This document shows positions 1 to 9,247 of a stretch of 64,000 bases of DNA, piece after piece. How positions within the stretch are numbered: the stretch's first letter is position 1; every line of letters starts with the position of its first letter. The notes under the pieces were generated by a model. It was not told where the DNA came from. It was given only the letters and a program-made list of their open reading frames with translations, and ran no database searches. Location of the stretch: assembly GCA_963732385.1 (NCBI GenBank), contig CAVSZB010000007.1:256001-320000 (forward strand), read 5' to 3'. Both the position numbers and the translations under genes were made by a program. Source of the DNA: an uncultured bacterium. GTDB lineage: Bacteria > Krumholzibacteriota > Krumholzibacteriia > LZORAL124-64-63.

Positions 1-1
1 G

Positions 2-1642
2 GCCACGCCGTGGAACGCGATTGACGGTCTGCTCATCGGCCTCGGCCTGATCTACGCCAGCGTCGGCGCCGCCTGGTTCGCGGCCCGGCGAGGCGTCGAC
101 GGGCGCCGGCTGGCCGCCTGGCAGCTGGGCGCCGACGTTCTTCTGATCGGCCTGCTCTGCCACGTCTCCGGCGGAGCGGTCTCGCATTTCCGACTGCTGT
201 TCTTCGTGCCGATCCTGCTCGGAGCGAGCTGGCTGGGGACGCGCGGCTCGGTGCCGCTGGCCGCGAGCGCGGCTCTGGTGACCGTGCTGGCGCAGATCGG
301 CGCCGCGGCGGGGCGGGGCGCCGGGGGAATGCCCGCACCGGGGGCCGGTCCGCCGGGCGGCTCCGTCCTCGACGCCCACTTCTATGTGTTCCTCTTCCTG
401 CTGGTCGGTCTGGGCGGGGGGCTTTTGGCGGACCGCGCCGCGCGCCGGGAGCGCGAGGCGGCGCGTGCGGCGGAGGATCTGCGCCGCGCCCGCATCGAGG
501 TGGGCAACGTGCTGGACAATCTGAGCAGCGGCCTGCTGATAGTCGATCGCCACGCCCGCATCGTGCAGCTGAACCCGGCGGCGGAACGCATCCTCGGCGT
601 TTTCGCCGAAGAGGTCGCCGGGCGCAACCTGGACGAGGCGTTCGGGGCTTCGCTGGCCGGATTCGCCGAGACGGTCAATGCCGTGCTGGCCGGCGGCCCG
701 ACGCTGGGCCGCGGCGAGCAGAACATCGTGCGCTGGGACACCGTAGTCGTGCCGGTCGGCCTGAGTGTCAGCCACCTGCGCGATGCGGCGGGCGAAGTCA
801 CCGGGGCCATCGCCATCTTCCAGGACCTGACCGAGGCGCAGCGCATGCGCGAGCGGGTACGCGAGGCTGACCGCCTGGCCGCGGTGGGTGAACTGTCTGC
901 AAGCATCGCGCACGAGATCCGCAATCCGCTGGGCAGCATCCGGGGCAGTGTGGAGATCCTGGCCGGCGAACTGGAGCTGAGCGGACAGCAGGCGCGGCTG
1001 CTGCAACTGATCCTCAAAGAGAGCGCCCGGGTCAACACGATCATCGACGATTTCCTTGCCTTCGCGCGGCTGAGACCGGCAAGGCGCCGCCCCGTCGCGG
1101 TCAGTGCGTTGCTCGATGACGTTCTGCTTGAGACGCGTCAGCAGGTGCTGTTCAAGGGAGGCGGGGTCGCAGTCGAGGGGCGGGCGGCGGATCCGGCACT
1201 GATGGTGTTCGCGGACGCCGGGCAGATGCTGCAGCTCTTTCTCAACCTCACCCTCAATGCGTGCGAGGCGATGGAGTATCGCGGACGTCTGGTGCTGACG
1301 GCCGGTCCGGCTGACGGCGGTTTCTGCGAACTGCGGGTCGCCGACACCGGCCCCGGGCTAAGTGACGAGGCGAAGGTCCGCCTGTTCACCCCGTTCTTCA
1401 CGACCAGGAAGCACGGCACGGGGCTCGGGCTACCGATGGTCGCCCGCATCGCGCACGCCCACGACGGCTCGGTCGAGGCGACCGCCTCGCCGGCGGGCGG
1501 CGCCGAGTTCCGCGTGCGCATTCCGCTGGCGCCCCCCTGCGAACTCGCGGCGACCGGCGCCGTCGCGGACACGGCCGGGCAGGACGAGACGCCGACTCCG
1601 GTCGCAGTGGACGCCGGCGATGTTTGTGAGCCTCGCGGCTGA
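2..1642 (+). CDS. pilS: PilS-like PAS sensor histidine kinase (5' partial)
   Basis: Frame is open from position 2. TM helices, PAS domain, H-box SIAHEIRNPL, G-boxes DTGPG and GTGLGL. Adjacent to a sigma54 regulator and pilins. Confidence 0.85.
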   Translation, partial: ATPWNAIDGLLIGLGLIYASVGAAWFAARRGVDGRRLAAWQLGADVLLIGLLCHVSGGAVSHFRLLFFVPILLGASWLGTRGSVPLAASAALVTVLAQIGAAAGRGAGGMPAPGAGPPGGSVLDAHFYVFLFLLVGLGGGLLADRAARREREAARAAEDLRRARIEVGNVLDNLSSGLLIVDRHARIVQLNPAAERILGVFAEEVAGRNLDEAFGASLAGFAETVNAVLAGGPTLGRGEQNIVRWDTVVVPVGLSVSHLRDAAGEVTGAIAIFQDLTEAQRMRERVREADRLAAVGELSASIAHEIRNPLGSIRGSVEILAGELELSGQQARLLQLILKESARVNTIIDDFLAFARLRPARRRPVAVSALLDDVLLETRQQVLFKGGGVAVEGRAADPALMVFADAGQMLQLFLNLTLNACEAMEYRGRLVLTAGPADGGFCELRVADTGPGLSDEAKVRLFTPFFTTRKHGTGLGLPMVARIAHAHDGSVEATASPAGGAEFRVRIPLAPPCELAATGAVADTAGQDETPTPVAVDAGDVCEPRG

Positions 1643-1721
1643 TTCCGTTCAAGATTCCGCCCTGGCCGCCGATGTTGGCCAGAGGCGCTTGATGTCGACC
1701 CGACAGCTCGGAGGACACTGA

Positions 1722-3191
1722 ATGGCTGACGGCAGGATTCTGGTGGTCGACGACGAGGAATCGATGTGCCAGTACCTTTCCATCCTTCTGGAGAAGGAGG
1801 GGTACGAAGTGGCGACGGCCGGATCCGGTGCGGAGGCGCTGCGGCTGGCCGAGGAGCGGCCGTTCGATGTGGCGATGACGGATATCCAAATGCCGCGCAT
1901 GGACGGCATCCAGCTGCTGAAGGGGCTCAAGGGAATCGACCCGCAGACGCCGGTCATCATGCTCACTGCCTACGCCAGCGAACGATCGGCCATCGACGCG
2001 GTGAACATGGGTGCCTTTTCGTATCTGCAAAAGCACTGCAAGAACGACGAGATCAAGATCGCCGTGCGCAACGCGCTGGCGTTGCGGCGCGCCCAGAGCG
2101 AGAACTCGAAACTGCGGCGGGAACTGCGGCGCAAGCGCGGCAAGCTGCGCATCATCGGCCAGAGTCCGCGCATGCTCGCCGTCTTCAAGATGGTCGACAA
2201 GATCGCGGCCACCCCGGCCACGATCCTGATCGACGGCGAGAGTGGCACCGGCAAGGAACTGATCGCGCAGGCCATCCACGAGCGGAGCGAACGCTCGAGC
2301 CAGCCGTTCGTGGCGATAAACTGTGGCGCGATCCCGGAAACGCTGCTCGAGAGCCAGCTCTTCGGGCACGTCAAGGGCTCCTTCACCGGCGCCGACCGCG
2401 ATCACGACGGCTTCTGCCGGCAGGCCGAGGGCGGCACGATCTTTCTCGACGAGATCGGCGAAACGCCGCACGCCATCCAGGTCAAACTCCTGCGCATGTT
2501 GCAGGAGCGCGAGATCTACCCCGTCGGCGCGAGCAAGTCGATCAAGGTGGACCTGCGGGTGATCGCGGCGACGAATCGCGATCTCGAGGCGGAGGTCGCC
2601 GCCAACCGCTTCCGGACCGACCTCTACTACCGTCTCAACGTGATTCCGCTGAGCCTGCCGGCGCTGCGCGACCGTCCGGACGACGTGCCGCTGCTGGTGG
2701 ACCACTTCCTGCGCATGCACATGCCGGGCTACGCCGGCAATCTCGGCGCCGCGATTGACGATGCGGCCCTGCAGGCGCTCCAGGTCTACGAATGGCCCGG
2801 CAACGTGCGCGAACTGGAAAACGTGATCGAGCGGGCCAGCATCATCCGCGAAGGGGATCACATCACCCTGCGCGACCTGCCCGAGACGGTGCAGCGACCG
2901 GCCGGCGCCGGCGTACCCGACGGCAGCCTGCTCGGCCGCCACGTGCCGCTTGAGGAGATCGAGAAAGTGCACATCCTGCAGGTGCTCGACAGCGTGGGAG
3001 GGCACAAGAAGCGGGCGGCCGAGATCCTGCAGATAAACCCGTCCACGCTCTACCGGAAGTTGATCCGCTACGGATTCGCGGCGCCGGGCGGCGAGGGGGA
3101 GGACGGCGTGGAACTGGATATGATGGGGGCGGATGAGGCCGGGCCGGCGCTGGTCGGGCCCGACGGCGCGCCCCTGGACGACGAAGGGTGA
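1722..3191 (+). CDS. pilR: PilR-like sigma54-dependent response regulator (REC-AAA+-HTH)
   Basis: Receiver domain, [14 protein letters not shown] loop, [10 protein letters not shown], Fis-type HTH. Directly upstream of the pilins. Confidence 0.9.
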   Translation: MADGRILVVDDEESMCQYLSILLEKEGYEVATAGSGAEALRLAEERPFDVAMTDIQMPRMDGIQLLKGLKGIDPQTPVIMLTAYASERSAIDAVNMGAFSYLQKHCKNDEIKIAVRNALALRRAQSENSKLRRELRRKRGKLRIIGQSPRMLAVFKMVDKIAATPATILIDGESGTGKELIAQAIHERSERSSQPFVAINCGAIPETLLESQLFGHVKGSFTGADRDHDGFCRQAEGGTIFLDEIGETPHAIQVKLLRMLQEREIYPVGASKSIKVDLRVIAATNRDLEAEVAANRFRTDLYYRLNVIPLSLPALRDRPDDVPLLVDHFLRMHMPGYAGNLGAAIDDAALQALQVYEWPGNVRELENVIERASIIREGDHITLRDLPETVQRPAGAGVPDGSLLGRHVPLEEIEKVHILQVLDSVGGHKKRAAEILQINPSTLYRKLIRYGFAAPGGEGEDGVELDMMGADEAGPALVGPDGAPLDDEG

Positions 3192-3250
3192 ATCGGGCGC
3201 CCCGCGGGCGCGGGTTGCAGCCTGCCCGGCAGGCGCTGCCCGCCCCGACT

Positions 3251-3273
3251 GCCGACAGCTCGCCATTGTCGGC
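3251..3273 (+). promoter_or_regulatory. Putative PilR upstream activating site (inverted repeat)
   Basis: GCCGACA-N9-TGTCGGC perfect 7-bp inverted repeat about 55 bp upstream of the sigma54 promoter. Confidence 0.5.
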
Positions 3274-3325
3274 GTAACCCGAGGTGCTGCAATGAGATGG
3301 AAGTGATGGGCAACTCCGGATCCGT

Positions 3326-3341
3326 TGGCATGGACATTGCA
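3326..3341 (+). promoter_or_regulatory. sigma54 (-24/-12) promoter of pilA
   Basis: TGGCATGGACATTGCA with exact GG-N10-GC spacing. Confidence 0.85.
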
Positions 3342-3439
3342 AATGACGCTGCGATTAGCCAGCGGTCCACCAACGGTGGGCCCGGGACCATCTCCAGGCG
3401 AGGGTGAGGTCGTTCGCGACCGCAGAGGGAGGTACTCAA

Positions 3440-3871
3440 GTGTTCAATCGCAAGGGATTTACTCTGATCGAGCTCATGATCGTGGTGGTCATCATCGGCA
3501 TCCTGGCGGCGATCGCGATTCCGAACTTCATCAACATGCAGTCCCGTGCCAAGGAAGCCTCGGTGAAGTCGAACTGCCATACGGTGCAGCTCGCGGCCGA
3601 GGACTTCTCCGTGCAGAACGACGGCGTGTACGCCGCCGACACTGCTGACGCTCTGCCCAGTGGCGACACGATCGTCCTGCTGCTGCCCGGTGGCGCCCTG
3701 CTGGAGAATCCGTTCAGCAAGGTGGCGGACAGCCCGGTCAACGGTGCGGCGGCGGCGGTCGGCGAGGCCGGCTATCTGGTGCACACCGATGCGTCCGGCA
3801 TTCCTGACGGCTACACGATCAACGGCTTTGGCAAGACAGTCGAGATCATCTCGCTGACCAGCGGTCAGTAG
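3440..3871 (+). CDS. pilA: Type IVa pilin (probable major pilin)
   Basis: GTG start after a GGAGG RBS; short leader ...RKG|FTLIELMIVVVIIGILAAIAIPNF with E5 and P22. Confidence 0.9.
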   Translation: MFNRKGFTLIELMIVVVIIGILAAIAIPNFINMQSRAKEASVKSNCHTVQLAAEDFSVQNDGVYAADTADALPSGDTIVLLLPGGALLENPFSKVADSPVNGAAAAVGEAGYLVHTDASGIPDGYTINGFGKTVEIISLTSGQ

Positions 3872-3883
3872 GATACCACCGAC

Positions 3884-3918
3884 AGGGCGGGGTCCGCTGC
3901 GAGCGGACCCCGCCCTTT
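3884..3918 (+). terminator. Strong hairpin between the two pilins
   Basis: Perfect 15-bp stem AGGGCGGGGTCCGCT/AGCGGACCCCGCCCT with only a short T tail. Confidence 0.7.
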
Positions 3919-3953
3919 GCACAGGCGACACGTCAGCAAAGGAGGATGGGGGC

Positions 3954-4397
3954 ATGTGGCGGCAAACCTCGCGGGCCGGCTTCACGCTCATCGAGTTGAT
4001 GGTGGTCGTCGTGGTGATCGGGATTCTGGCCACTCTGAGCATCTCCTCCTACATGAACATGCAGTCGCGGTCGAAGGAGGCGCGGGTGAAGGGCAACTGC
4101 CACACCGTGCAACTGACGGCCGAGGATTTTTCGGTCCAGAACGACGGCGTGTACGCGGCTGATCTGACCACGACCCTGGTGACTGGCGAAACGATCGTCG
4201 GTCTGCTGCCCGGCGGCGCGCTGCTGGAAAACCCGTTCACGCGGGCCGCCACCGAGCCGATCGTCGGCGCGGCGGCCACGATCGGCCAGACGGGGTACAG
4301 TTCGGTTGATCCGGATGGTGACGGTAATCCGGACGGGTATTCCGTGACCGGGTATGGAGAGAATCAGCTCATCATTACCGTCACCAGCGGCCAGTAG
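3954..4397 (+). CDS. Second type IVa pilin, paralog of the first
   Basis: RAG|FTLIELMVVV; shares NCHTVQL.AEDFSVQNDGVYAAD, LLPGGALLENPF and terminal TSGQ with pilin 1. Confidence 0.9.
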   Translation: MWRQTSRAGFTLIELMVVVVVIGILATLSISSYMNMQSRSKEARVKGNCHTVQLTAEDFSVQNDGVYAADLTTTLVTGETIVGLLPGGALLENPFTRAATEPIVGAAATIGQTGYSSVDPDGDGNPDGYSVTGYGENQLIITVTSGQ

Positions 4398-4414
4398 CCC
4401 TCTCCGCTTCCCAC

Positions 4415-4430
4415 TGGCATTCCTGTTGCA
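4415..4430 (+). promoter_or_regulatory. sigma54 promoter of the ABC/pilD operon
   Basis: TGGCATTCCTGTTGCA, GG-N10-GC. Confidence 0.75.
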
Positions 4431-4557
4431 AGGTCCTGCCCCCGCGCGGCGCAGCGGCGGTCTTCCGCGGCTGCGAAGCCACGCAGCGGCCTGTTTCCGG
4501 CCGCCGCCGGCGGGATTCCGGGCAGGGCCGGCGGCGGACGTCACCCGGGGAGAGTAT

Positions 4558-5649
4558 ATGGAGGAGACTGAGGGCATGAACGGGCCGGCGGCCTGCACGG
4601 TCGACGGACTGACCAAGAGCTACCGCGCCGGGTTCTGGGGGCGGCGGCGGGCCGCGGTGGCGGACGTCTCCTTCACCGTGCCACGCGGCGCGGTGATCGG
4701 GCTGCTCGGCCACAACGGCGCCGGCAAGACCACCACGCTCAAGGCGATCCTCGATCTGGTGCGTCCGGACGCCGGGCGCATCGAACTGCTGGGGCGCGAC
4801 CACCGCGACCGTCAGGCGCGGGCCGGCGTCGGCTACCTGCCGGAAAGCCCCTATTTCTACGACTATCTCACGGCGGGCGAGCTGCTCGATTTCTACGCGC
4901 GGCTCGGCGGCGTGCCGGCGCGGGAGCGGACCCGGCGCGCGGGCGAGGTGCTGGCGCTGGTCGGCATGACCGCCCACGCGCGCACACCGCTGCGCAAGTG
5001 CTCCAAGGGGATGCTGCAGCGGATCGGCCTGGCCCAGGCCATGGTGCACGATCCCGAACTGCTGATCCTCGACGAACCGATGTCCGGTCTCGATCCGCTC
5101 GGGCGCAAGGAGGTGCGCGACCTGCTCGGTGAGTTGCGCCGTCGCGGCCGGACGCTATTGATCTCCTCGCACATCGTGCCGGACCTCGAGGCGCTGGCCG
5201 ACGCGGTGGTCATGCTCAGCGAAGGGCGTCTGGCCGGCGTGTTCGATCTGCACGGGCCGGCCTCGCCCCAGTTCGAACTCTGGCTGGCGGAGCTGCCCCG
5301 CGACCCGCGCACGGTATCCCTGTGGCAGGCCGCGGCCCCACGCCCGGCCGGCGGCGGACGCCCCGGACTCGTGGTGACACTGACCGACCTGCCGCGCCTG
5401 CGTGCCGCGCTCGGCCTGTGCGCCGAGGCCGGCATCGACGTGCACGGCGTGACCTCGCGCCAGACCGGCCTGGAGGCGGCGTTCCTGAAGGCGATGGGCG
5501 CGAGAGCAGAGACCGTGGCCGCGCCGGCGGCGATCGCGTGCCCCGATATTCTCGAGGCTCCGGCGCCGGACGGCGTAGCCGCCACGCTCGACGCGGTCGC
5601 GGCGGAAGCCGAACTGATCGGCGCGGGCACGGAAGGGGGCCGGTCATGA
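4558..5649 (+). CDS. ABC transporter ATP-binding protein (Myxococcus PilH-like)
   Basis: GHNGAGKTT, SKGMLQR signature, LILDEP. Start at 4558 or 4576. Confidence 0.85.
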   Translation: MEETEGMNGPAACTVDGLTKSYRAGFWGRRRAAVADVSFTVPRGAVIGLLGHNGAGKTTTLKAILDLVRPDAGRIELLGRDHRDRQARAGVGYLPESPYFYDYLTAGELLDFYARLGGVPARERTRRAGEVLALVGMTAHARTPLRKCSKGMLQRIGLAQAMVHDPELLILDEPMSGLDPLGRKEVRDLLGELRRRGRTLLISSHIVPDLEALADAVVMLSEGRLAGVFDLHGPASPQFELWLAELPRDPRTVSLWQAAAPRPAGGGRPGLVVTLTDLPRLRAALGLCAEAGIDVHGVTSRQTGLEAAFLKAMGARAETVAAPAAIACPDILEAPAPDGVAATLDAVAAEAELIGAGTEGGRS

Positions 5650-6425
5650 CCGGATCTGGCGATCATGTCGCGGCGGTGGCGCTGAACACGTTCCGCGAAA
5701 CGGTGCGCGATCGGATTTTCTATCTCGTCGGCGTGTTCGGGCTGGTGCTGATCGGGAGCAGCGCGATTCTCTCCCCGCTCACCGTGGGGGCGCAGAGCAA
5801 AGTTGTGGCGGACGTCGGTCTCGCCTCGCTTTCCCTGTTCGGCCTGCTGGTGGTGGTCTTCGTGGGCAGCGGCATGCTGCACAAGGAGATCGACAAACGG
5901 ACGATCACCACCATCCTTGCCAAGCCGGTCTCGCGGCGCGCCTATGTGGTCGGCAAGTTCGGGGGTCTGATCCTGACCCTGGCCTGCATGCTGGCGGCGA
6001 TGGGGGCGCTGTTCCTGCTGGTCACGCTCCGGACCCCGGTCCCGCTCAACCTGGGGTACGCGGCGGCCTTCGTGTTCGCGTTCCTGGAACTGGCGGTCGT
6101 AACCGCCATGGCCGTGCTGCTGTCGACCTTCGTATCCCCGGTCCTGGCGGCGGTCCTGACCATCGCGCTGTTCGTGGTTGGGCATGTCAGCTCCGATCTG
6201 AAGGCGTTCGGCGCCCTGGTCGGGGGGCCGGTCCTGCGCCTGGCCACCAGCGTCCTGTTCTACGTCCTGCCCAACCTCGAAGTGTTCAACGTGCGCGGCG
6301 CCGTCGTCCATGGCGATCCGGTGTCGGGCGCGCATCTTTCGCTCGCCGCTCTGTACGCAACCTGTTACGTGGCGCTGTGCCTCGTGCTGGCCGGGGCGAT
6401 CTTCACCCGCCGGGAGTTGAAATGA
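5646..6425 (+). CDS. ABC-2 type permease (PilI-like)
   Basis: VALNTFRETVRDR and EIDKRTITTILAKPVSR motifs, about 6 TM segments; ATGA overlap with the ATPase gene. Confidence 0.85.
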   Translation: MTGSGDHVAAVALNTFRETVRDRIFYLVGVFGLVLIGSSAILSPLTVGAQSKVVADVGLASLSLFGLLVVVFVGSGMLHKEIDKRTITTILAKPVSRRAYVVGKFGGLILTLACMLAAMGALFLLVTLRTPVPLNLGYAAAFVFAFLELAVVTAMAVLLSTFVSPVLAAVLTIALFVVGHVSSDLKAFGALVGGPVLRLATSVLFYVLPNLEVFNVRGAVVHGDPVSGAHLSLAALYATCYVALCLVLAGAIFTRRELK

Positions 6426-7198
6426 GCGGCGCGCGCGTACTTTGCGCCGGCTCCGGGCCCGGTGTCGCGACGCGGCACCATCCCTGGCCAGGCTGGCTGC
6501 CGACCATGCTGGCCGTCGTCGCGCTGGCGTGGGCCGTCGCCGGGCTGCTCGGGCGTCTGGAAGCGCGGCCGGCGGCGCGGGAGGACGAGCGGCTCTGGCT
6601 GCCGTCGGGTCTGTTCCTGCGCGAAAGCACCGCCGGCTTCCGCGAGGTGGCCGCCGACGCCCTCTGGTTCCAGGCGGTGCAGTACTACGGCGAATACCGC
6701 CACGGACGGCACGACCTGGCCTACTTCCGCGGCATGATGCGCGGCGTGACGACCCTCGATCCGCGTTTCCTGGAGGCGTATCGCTTCGGCGCGCTGGTCC
6801 TCGCCACGGACATGCGGGACGTGGCGGGTGGCATCGACCTGCTCCGGCGCGGCATCCAGGCCAATCCGGACTGCGCGATCCTCCCGTTCGAGGTGGGCTT
6901 TCTGCAGTGGGTCGTGCAGCGCGACTACGCGCGGGCCGCGACCTGGTTCGACGCCGCCTCGCGTGCTCCCGACGCCAGCGACTTCACGCGGCGCTTCGCG
7001 GCCTTCGCGCACAAGCGCGCCGGCCAGATCGAGGTCTCCTACGTCCTGTGGCGCAATCTGCGGGACACCACCTCCGATCCCGGCATGCGCGATCTCGCCG
7101 CGCGCATGATGGCTAAGATCGAACCGATACTGCGCGCTCGCGCCGAGGGTGGGGACGGGAGCGCCAACCTGGCGCCGGGCGGGGAGGTGCGTCCTTGA
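6422..7198 (+). CDS. Membrane-anchored TPR-like protein (PilG/XapA-like)
   Basis: N-terminal TM, ADALWFQAVQYYG, LDPRF.EAY, LLRRGI.ANP; translationally coupled within the pilus operon. Confidence 0.65.
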   Translation: MSGARVLCAGSGPGVATRHHPWPGWLPTMLAVVALAWAVAGLLGRLEARPAAREDERLWLPSGLFLRESTAGFREVAADALWFQAVQYYGEYRHGRHDLAYFRGMMRGVTTLDPRFLEAYRFGALVLATDMRDVAGGIDLLRRGIQANPDCAILPFEVGFLQWVVQRDYARAATWFDAASRAPDASDFTRRFAAFAHKRAGQIEVSYVLWRNLRDTTSDPGMRDLAARMMAKIEPILRARAEGGDGSANLAPGGEVRP

Positions 7199-7989
7199 AC
7201 GCTATGGACGGTCTGCCGCGCGAGTTCGTCTGGGCCTGGCTGGCGCTGGCCGCCGGTCTGGGCGCCTGCTTCGGGAGTTTCGCGAACGTGCTCATCCACC
7301 GCCTGCCGCGCGACCTGAGCATCGTGCGCCCCCGTTCCCGCTGCCCCGGCTGCGGGCACCCCGTGCGTCCGCTCGACAACCTCCCGGTACTCTCGTGGTT
7401 GCTGCTGCGGGGCCGTTGTCGCGACTGTGGCGCCAGCATCTCCTCCCGCTACTTGCTGGTGGAAGCGGGCGGTGGCGCGGCGGGAGTGATCGCGCTGCTG
7501 CGTTTCGGCCCCGGCGCGCCGGCGCTCGCCGCGCTGCTGTTCCTCGTCGCCCTGCTCGCCATCGCGCTGATCGACTGGGAGTTCATGATCATCCCTCACA
7601 CGCTGACGGTCGGTGGCATGATCGCGGGGCTGACGCTGGCGGCATGGACGCCGGTCGGACTGCGCGGGGCGTTGCTGGGCGGGGCGCTCGGCGCGGGGAT
7701 CGTGCTGGCCCTGTCGCGCGGCTACCGGTTGATCCGCGGCACCGACGGCATGGGCGGGGGCGACGTGATGCTGATGGGTATGGTGGGGGTGTTCGCCGGC
7801 GCCTGGGGGGCGCTGGCGGTCCTCTTCGGCGGCGCCCTGCTCGGGACGCTCTACGCGCTCGCGCGGTATCGCACCACCCTGGCCGGCAAAACGCGCCTCC
7901 CATTCGGGACATTTCTTGCCGCCGCCGCCGCCGGGCTCTGCCTGGCGGGCGACGGACCGCTCCGCTGGTACCTCGCACTTCTGCGCTGA
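7195..7989 (+). CDS. pilD: Prepilin peptidase (A24)
   Basis: GSFANVLIHRLP, two CxxC pairs, GMGGGD, LPFG. Confidence 0.93.
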   Translation: MNAMDGLPREFVWAWLALAAGLGACFGSFANVLIHRLPRDLSIVRPRSRCPGCGHPVRPLDNLPVLSWLLLRGRCRDCGASISSRYLLVEAGGGAAGVIALLRFGPGAPALAALLFLVALLAIALIDWEFMIIPHTLTVGGMIAGLTLAAWTPVGLRGALLGGALGAGIVLALSRGYRLIRGTDGMGGGDVMLMGMVGVFAGAWGALAVLFGGALLGTLYALARYRTTLAGKTRLPFGTFLAAAAAGLCLAGDGPLRWYLALLR

Positions 7990-8046
7990 GGCGCGTTGCG
8001 GCGCAGATTCCGCTCAAGGGTCCGAATCCTCGGACGAATCTGCGTC

Positions 8047-8061
8047 TGGCATGCAGGTTGC
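8047..8061 (+). promoter_or_regulatory. sigma54 promoter of pilMNOPQ
   Basis: TGGCATGCAGGTTGC, GG-N10-GC, about 85 bp upstream of the pilM ATG. Confidence 0.75.
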
Positions 8062-8146
8062 CCGTGGCGGCCCGGCGCGACGGTCGCGAAGGCGGGGGAG
8101 CCGCGGCTCGGCGCGTGACGACAACCCCCACAAGGCGGGATGCGAC

Positions 8147-9247
8147 ATGTTGGGATTCCTCAAGGGTCGGAAAAAGTCCTTAATAGGGCTGGATATCGGC
8201 TCCAACGTCGTCAAATGCCTCCGTCTGGAGACAGGTGGCGCTCGGCCGGTCATCACGCATTTTGCGATGGTGCCGCTGGTGCCCGAGGCGATCGTCGACG
8301 GGGAGATCATGGACCGTGAACTGGTCATCCAGGCGATCAAGGAGTGCGCGGAACTGGCGCACCTGCCGAACGAGCCGGTCGCCAGCGCGGTGTCGGGCCG
8401 CGCGGTGATCGTCAAGAAGATCGTCATGGACAAGATGAGCCAGACGGACGCCAGGGAGGCGATCTACTGGGAGGCGGAGCAGCACGTGCCGTTCGATATC
8501 GACGACATCTCGCTTGCCTTCCAGGTGTTGCGCGAAGACGTGGGCGCGAATCAGATGGAAGTGCTGCTGGTGGCGGCGAAGAAGGACATGATCCTCTCGC
8601 ATGCCGACCTGATCCGCGACGCCGGATTCAAGCCAGCTGTGATCGACGTGGCCTCATTCGCCAACCAGAACGCCTGGGAGTTCGCGCACGGAGCACAGGC
8701 GGTGGCCGCTGACGGCGAAACCTCCGCAACGGAGGGGGGGCGCACCGAGTTCGTAGCCCTTCTGGACGTGGGCGGCGGCGTCACGAATGTGAACATCATC
8801 CGCGACGGCGTGCCCTATTTCACGCGCGACCTGCCGATCGGCACCGCCCGCTTCACGGAGGAGTTCCAGAAGCAGCTCGGCCTGACCTTCGAGCAGGCGA
8901 CGGCGGCATCGCGCGGACACCTCGAGGGGCTCGACGTCGGCGCCGTCACGGAGATCGTCCGTGCGGTTGGCTCCGAGATCTACCACGGTCTCGAACCGTC
9001 GCTCTCCTATCTGCGCGCCGCGGGCGAGGCGGAGGGGATCGATCGCATCGTCATCAGCGGAGGCGGGGCGAAGCTGCCCGGTCTGCGCGAATTCCTGGCC
9101 GGCAGTTACGAGGTGCAGGCGGAGATCGCCGACCCGTTGTCCGCTCTCGACTACGGCCACGAGGTCTTCGGGGAGCATGACCCCGCCGAGCTGAGCCCGT
9201 TGCTCGCGGTGAGCGTCGGCCTCGCGCTGCGGAAGGCGGTGGAGTAA
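8147..9247 (+). CDS. pilM: Type IV pilus assembly protein PilM
   Basis: IGLDIGS, EAEQHVPF, VLLVAAKK, ISGGGAKLPGL. Confidence 0.93.
   Translation: MLGFLKGRKKSLIGLDIGSNVVKCLRLETGGARPVITHFAMVPLVPEAIVDGEIMDRELVIQAIKECAELAHLPNEPVASAVSGRAVIVKKIVMDKMSQTDAREAIYWEAEQHVPFDIDDISLAFQVLREDVGANQMEVLLVAAKKDMILSHADLIRDAGFKPAVIDVASFANQNAWEFAHGAQAVAADGETSATEGGRTEFVALLDVGGGVTNVNIIRDGVPYFTRDLPIGTARFTEEFQKQLGLTFEQATAASRGHLEGLDVGAVTEIVRAVGSEIYHGLEPSLSYLRAAGEAEGIDRIVISGGGAKLPGLREFLAGSYEVQAEIADPLSALDYGHEVFGEHDPAELSPLLAVSVGLALRKAVE

Noticed and set aside
1398..3266. Long antisense or off-frame ORFs (also 11216-13360, 14751-17129, 16741-18996, 28033-30015, 39400-41490, 49446-51233, 57226-59706)
   Set aside because: They shadow well-supported genes, carry no recognisable motifs, and are expected at high GC.
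3440..4397. Electrically conductive e-pili
   Set aside because: Mature pilin 1 has about 8 F/Y/W in 137 aa (about 6%) and lacks aromatics at positions 27 and 32.
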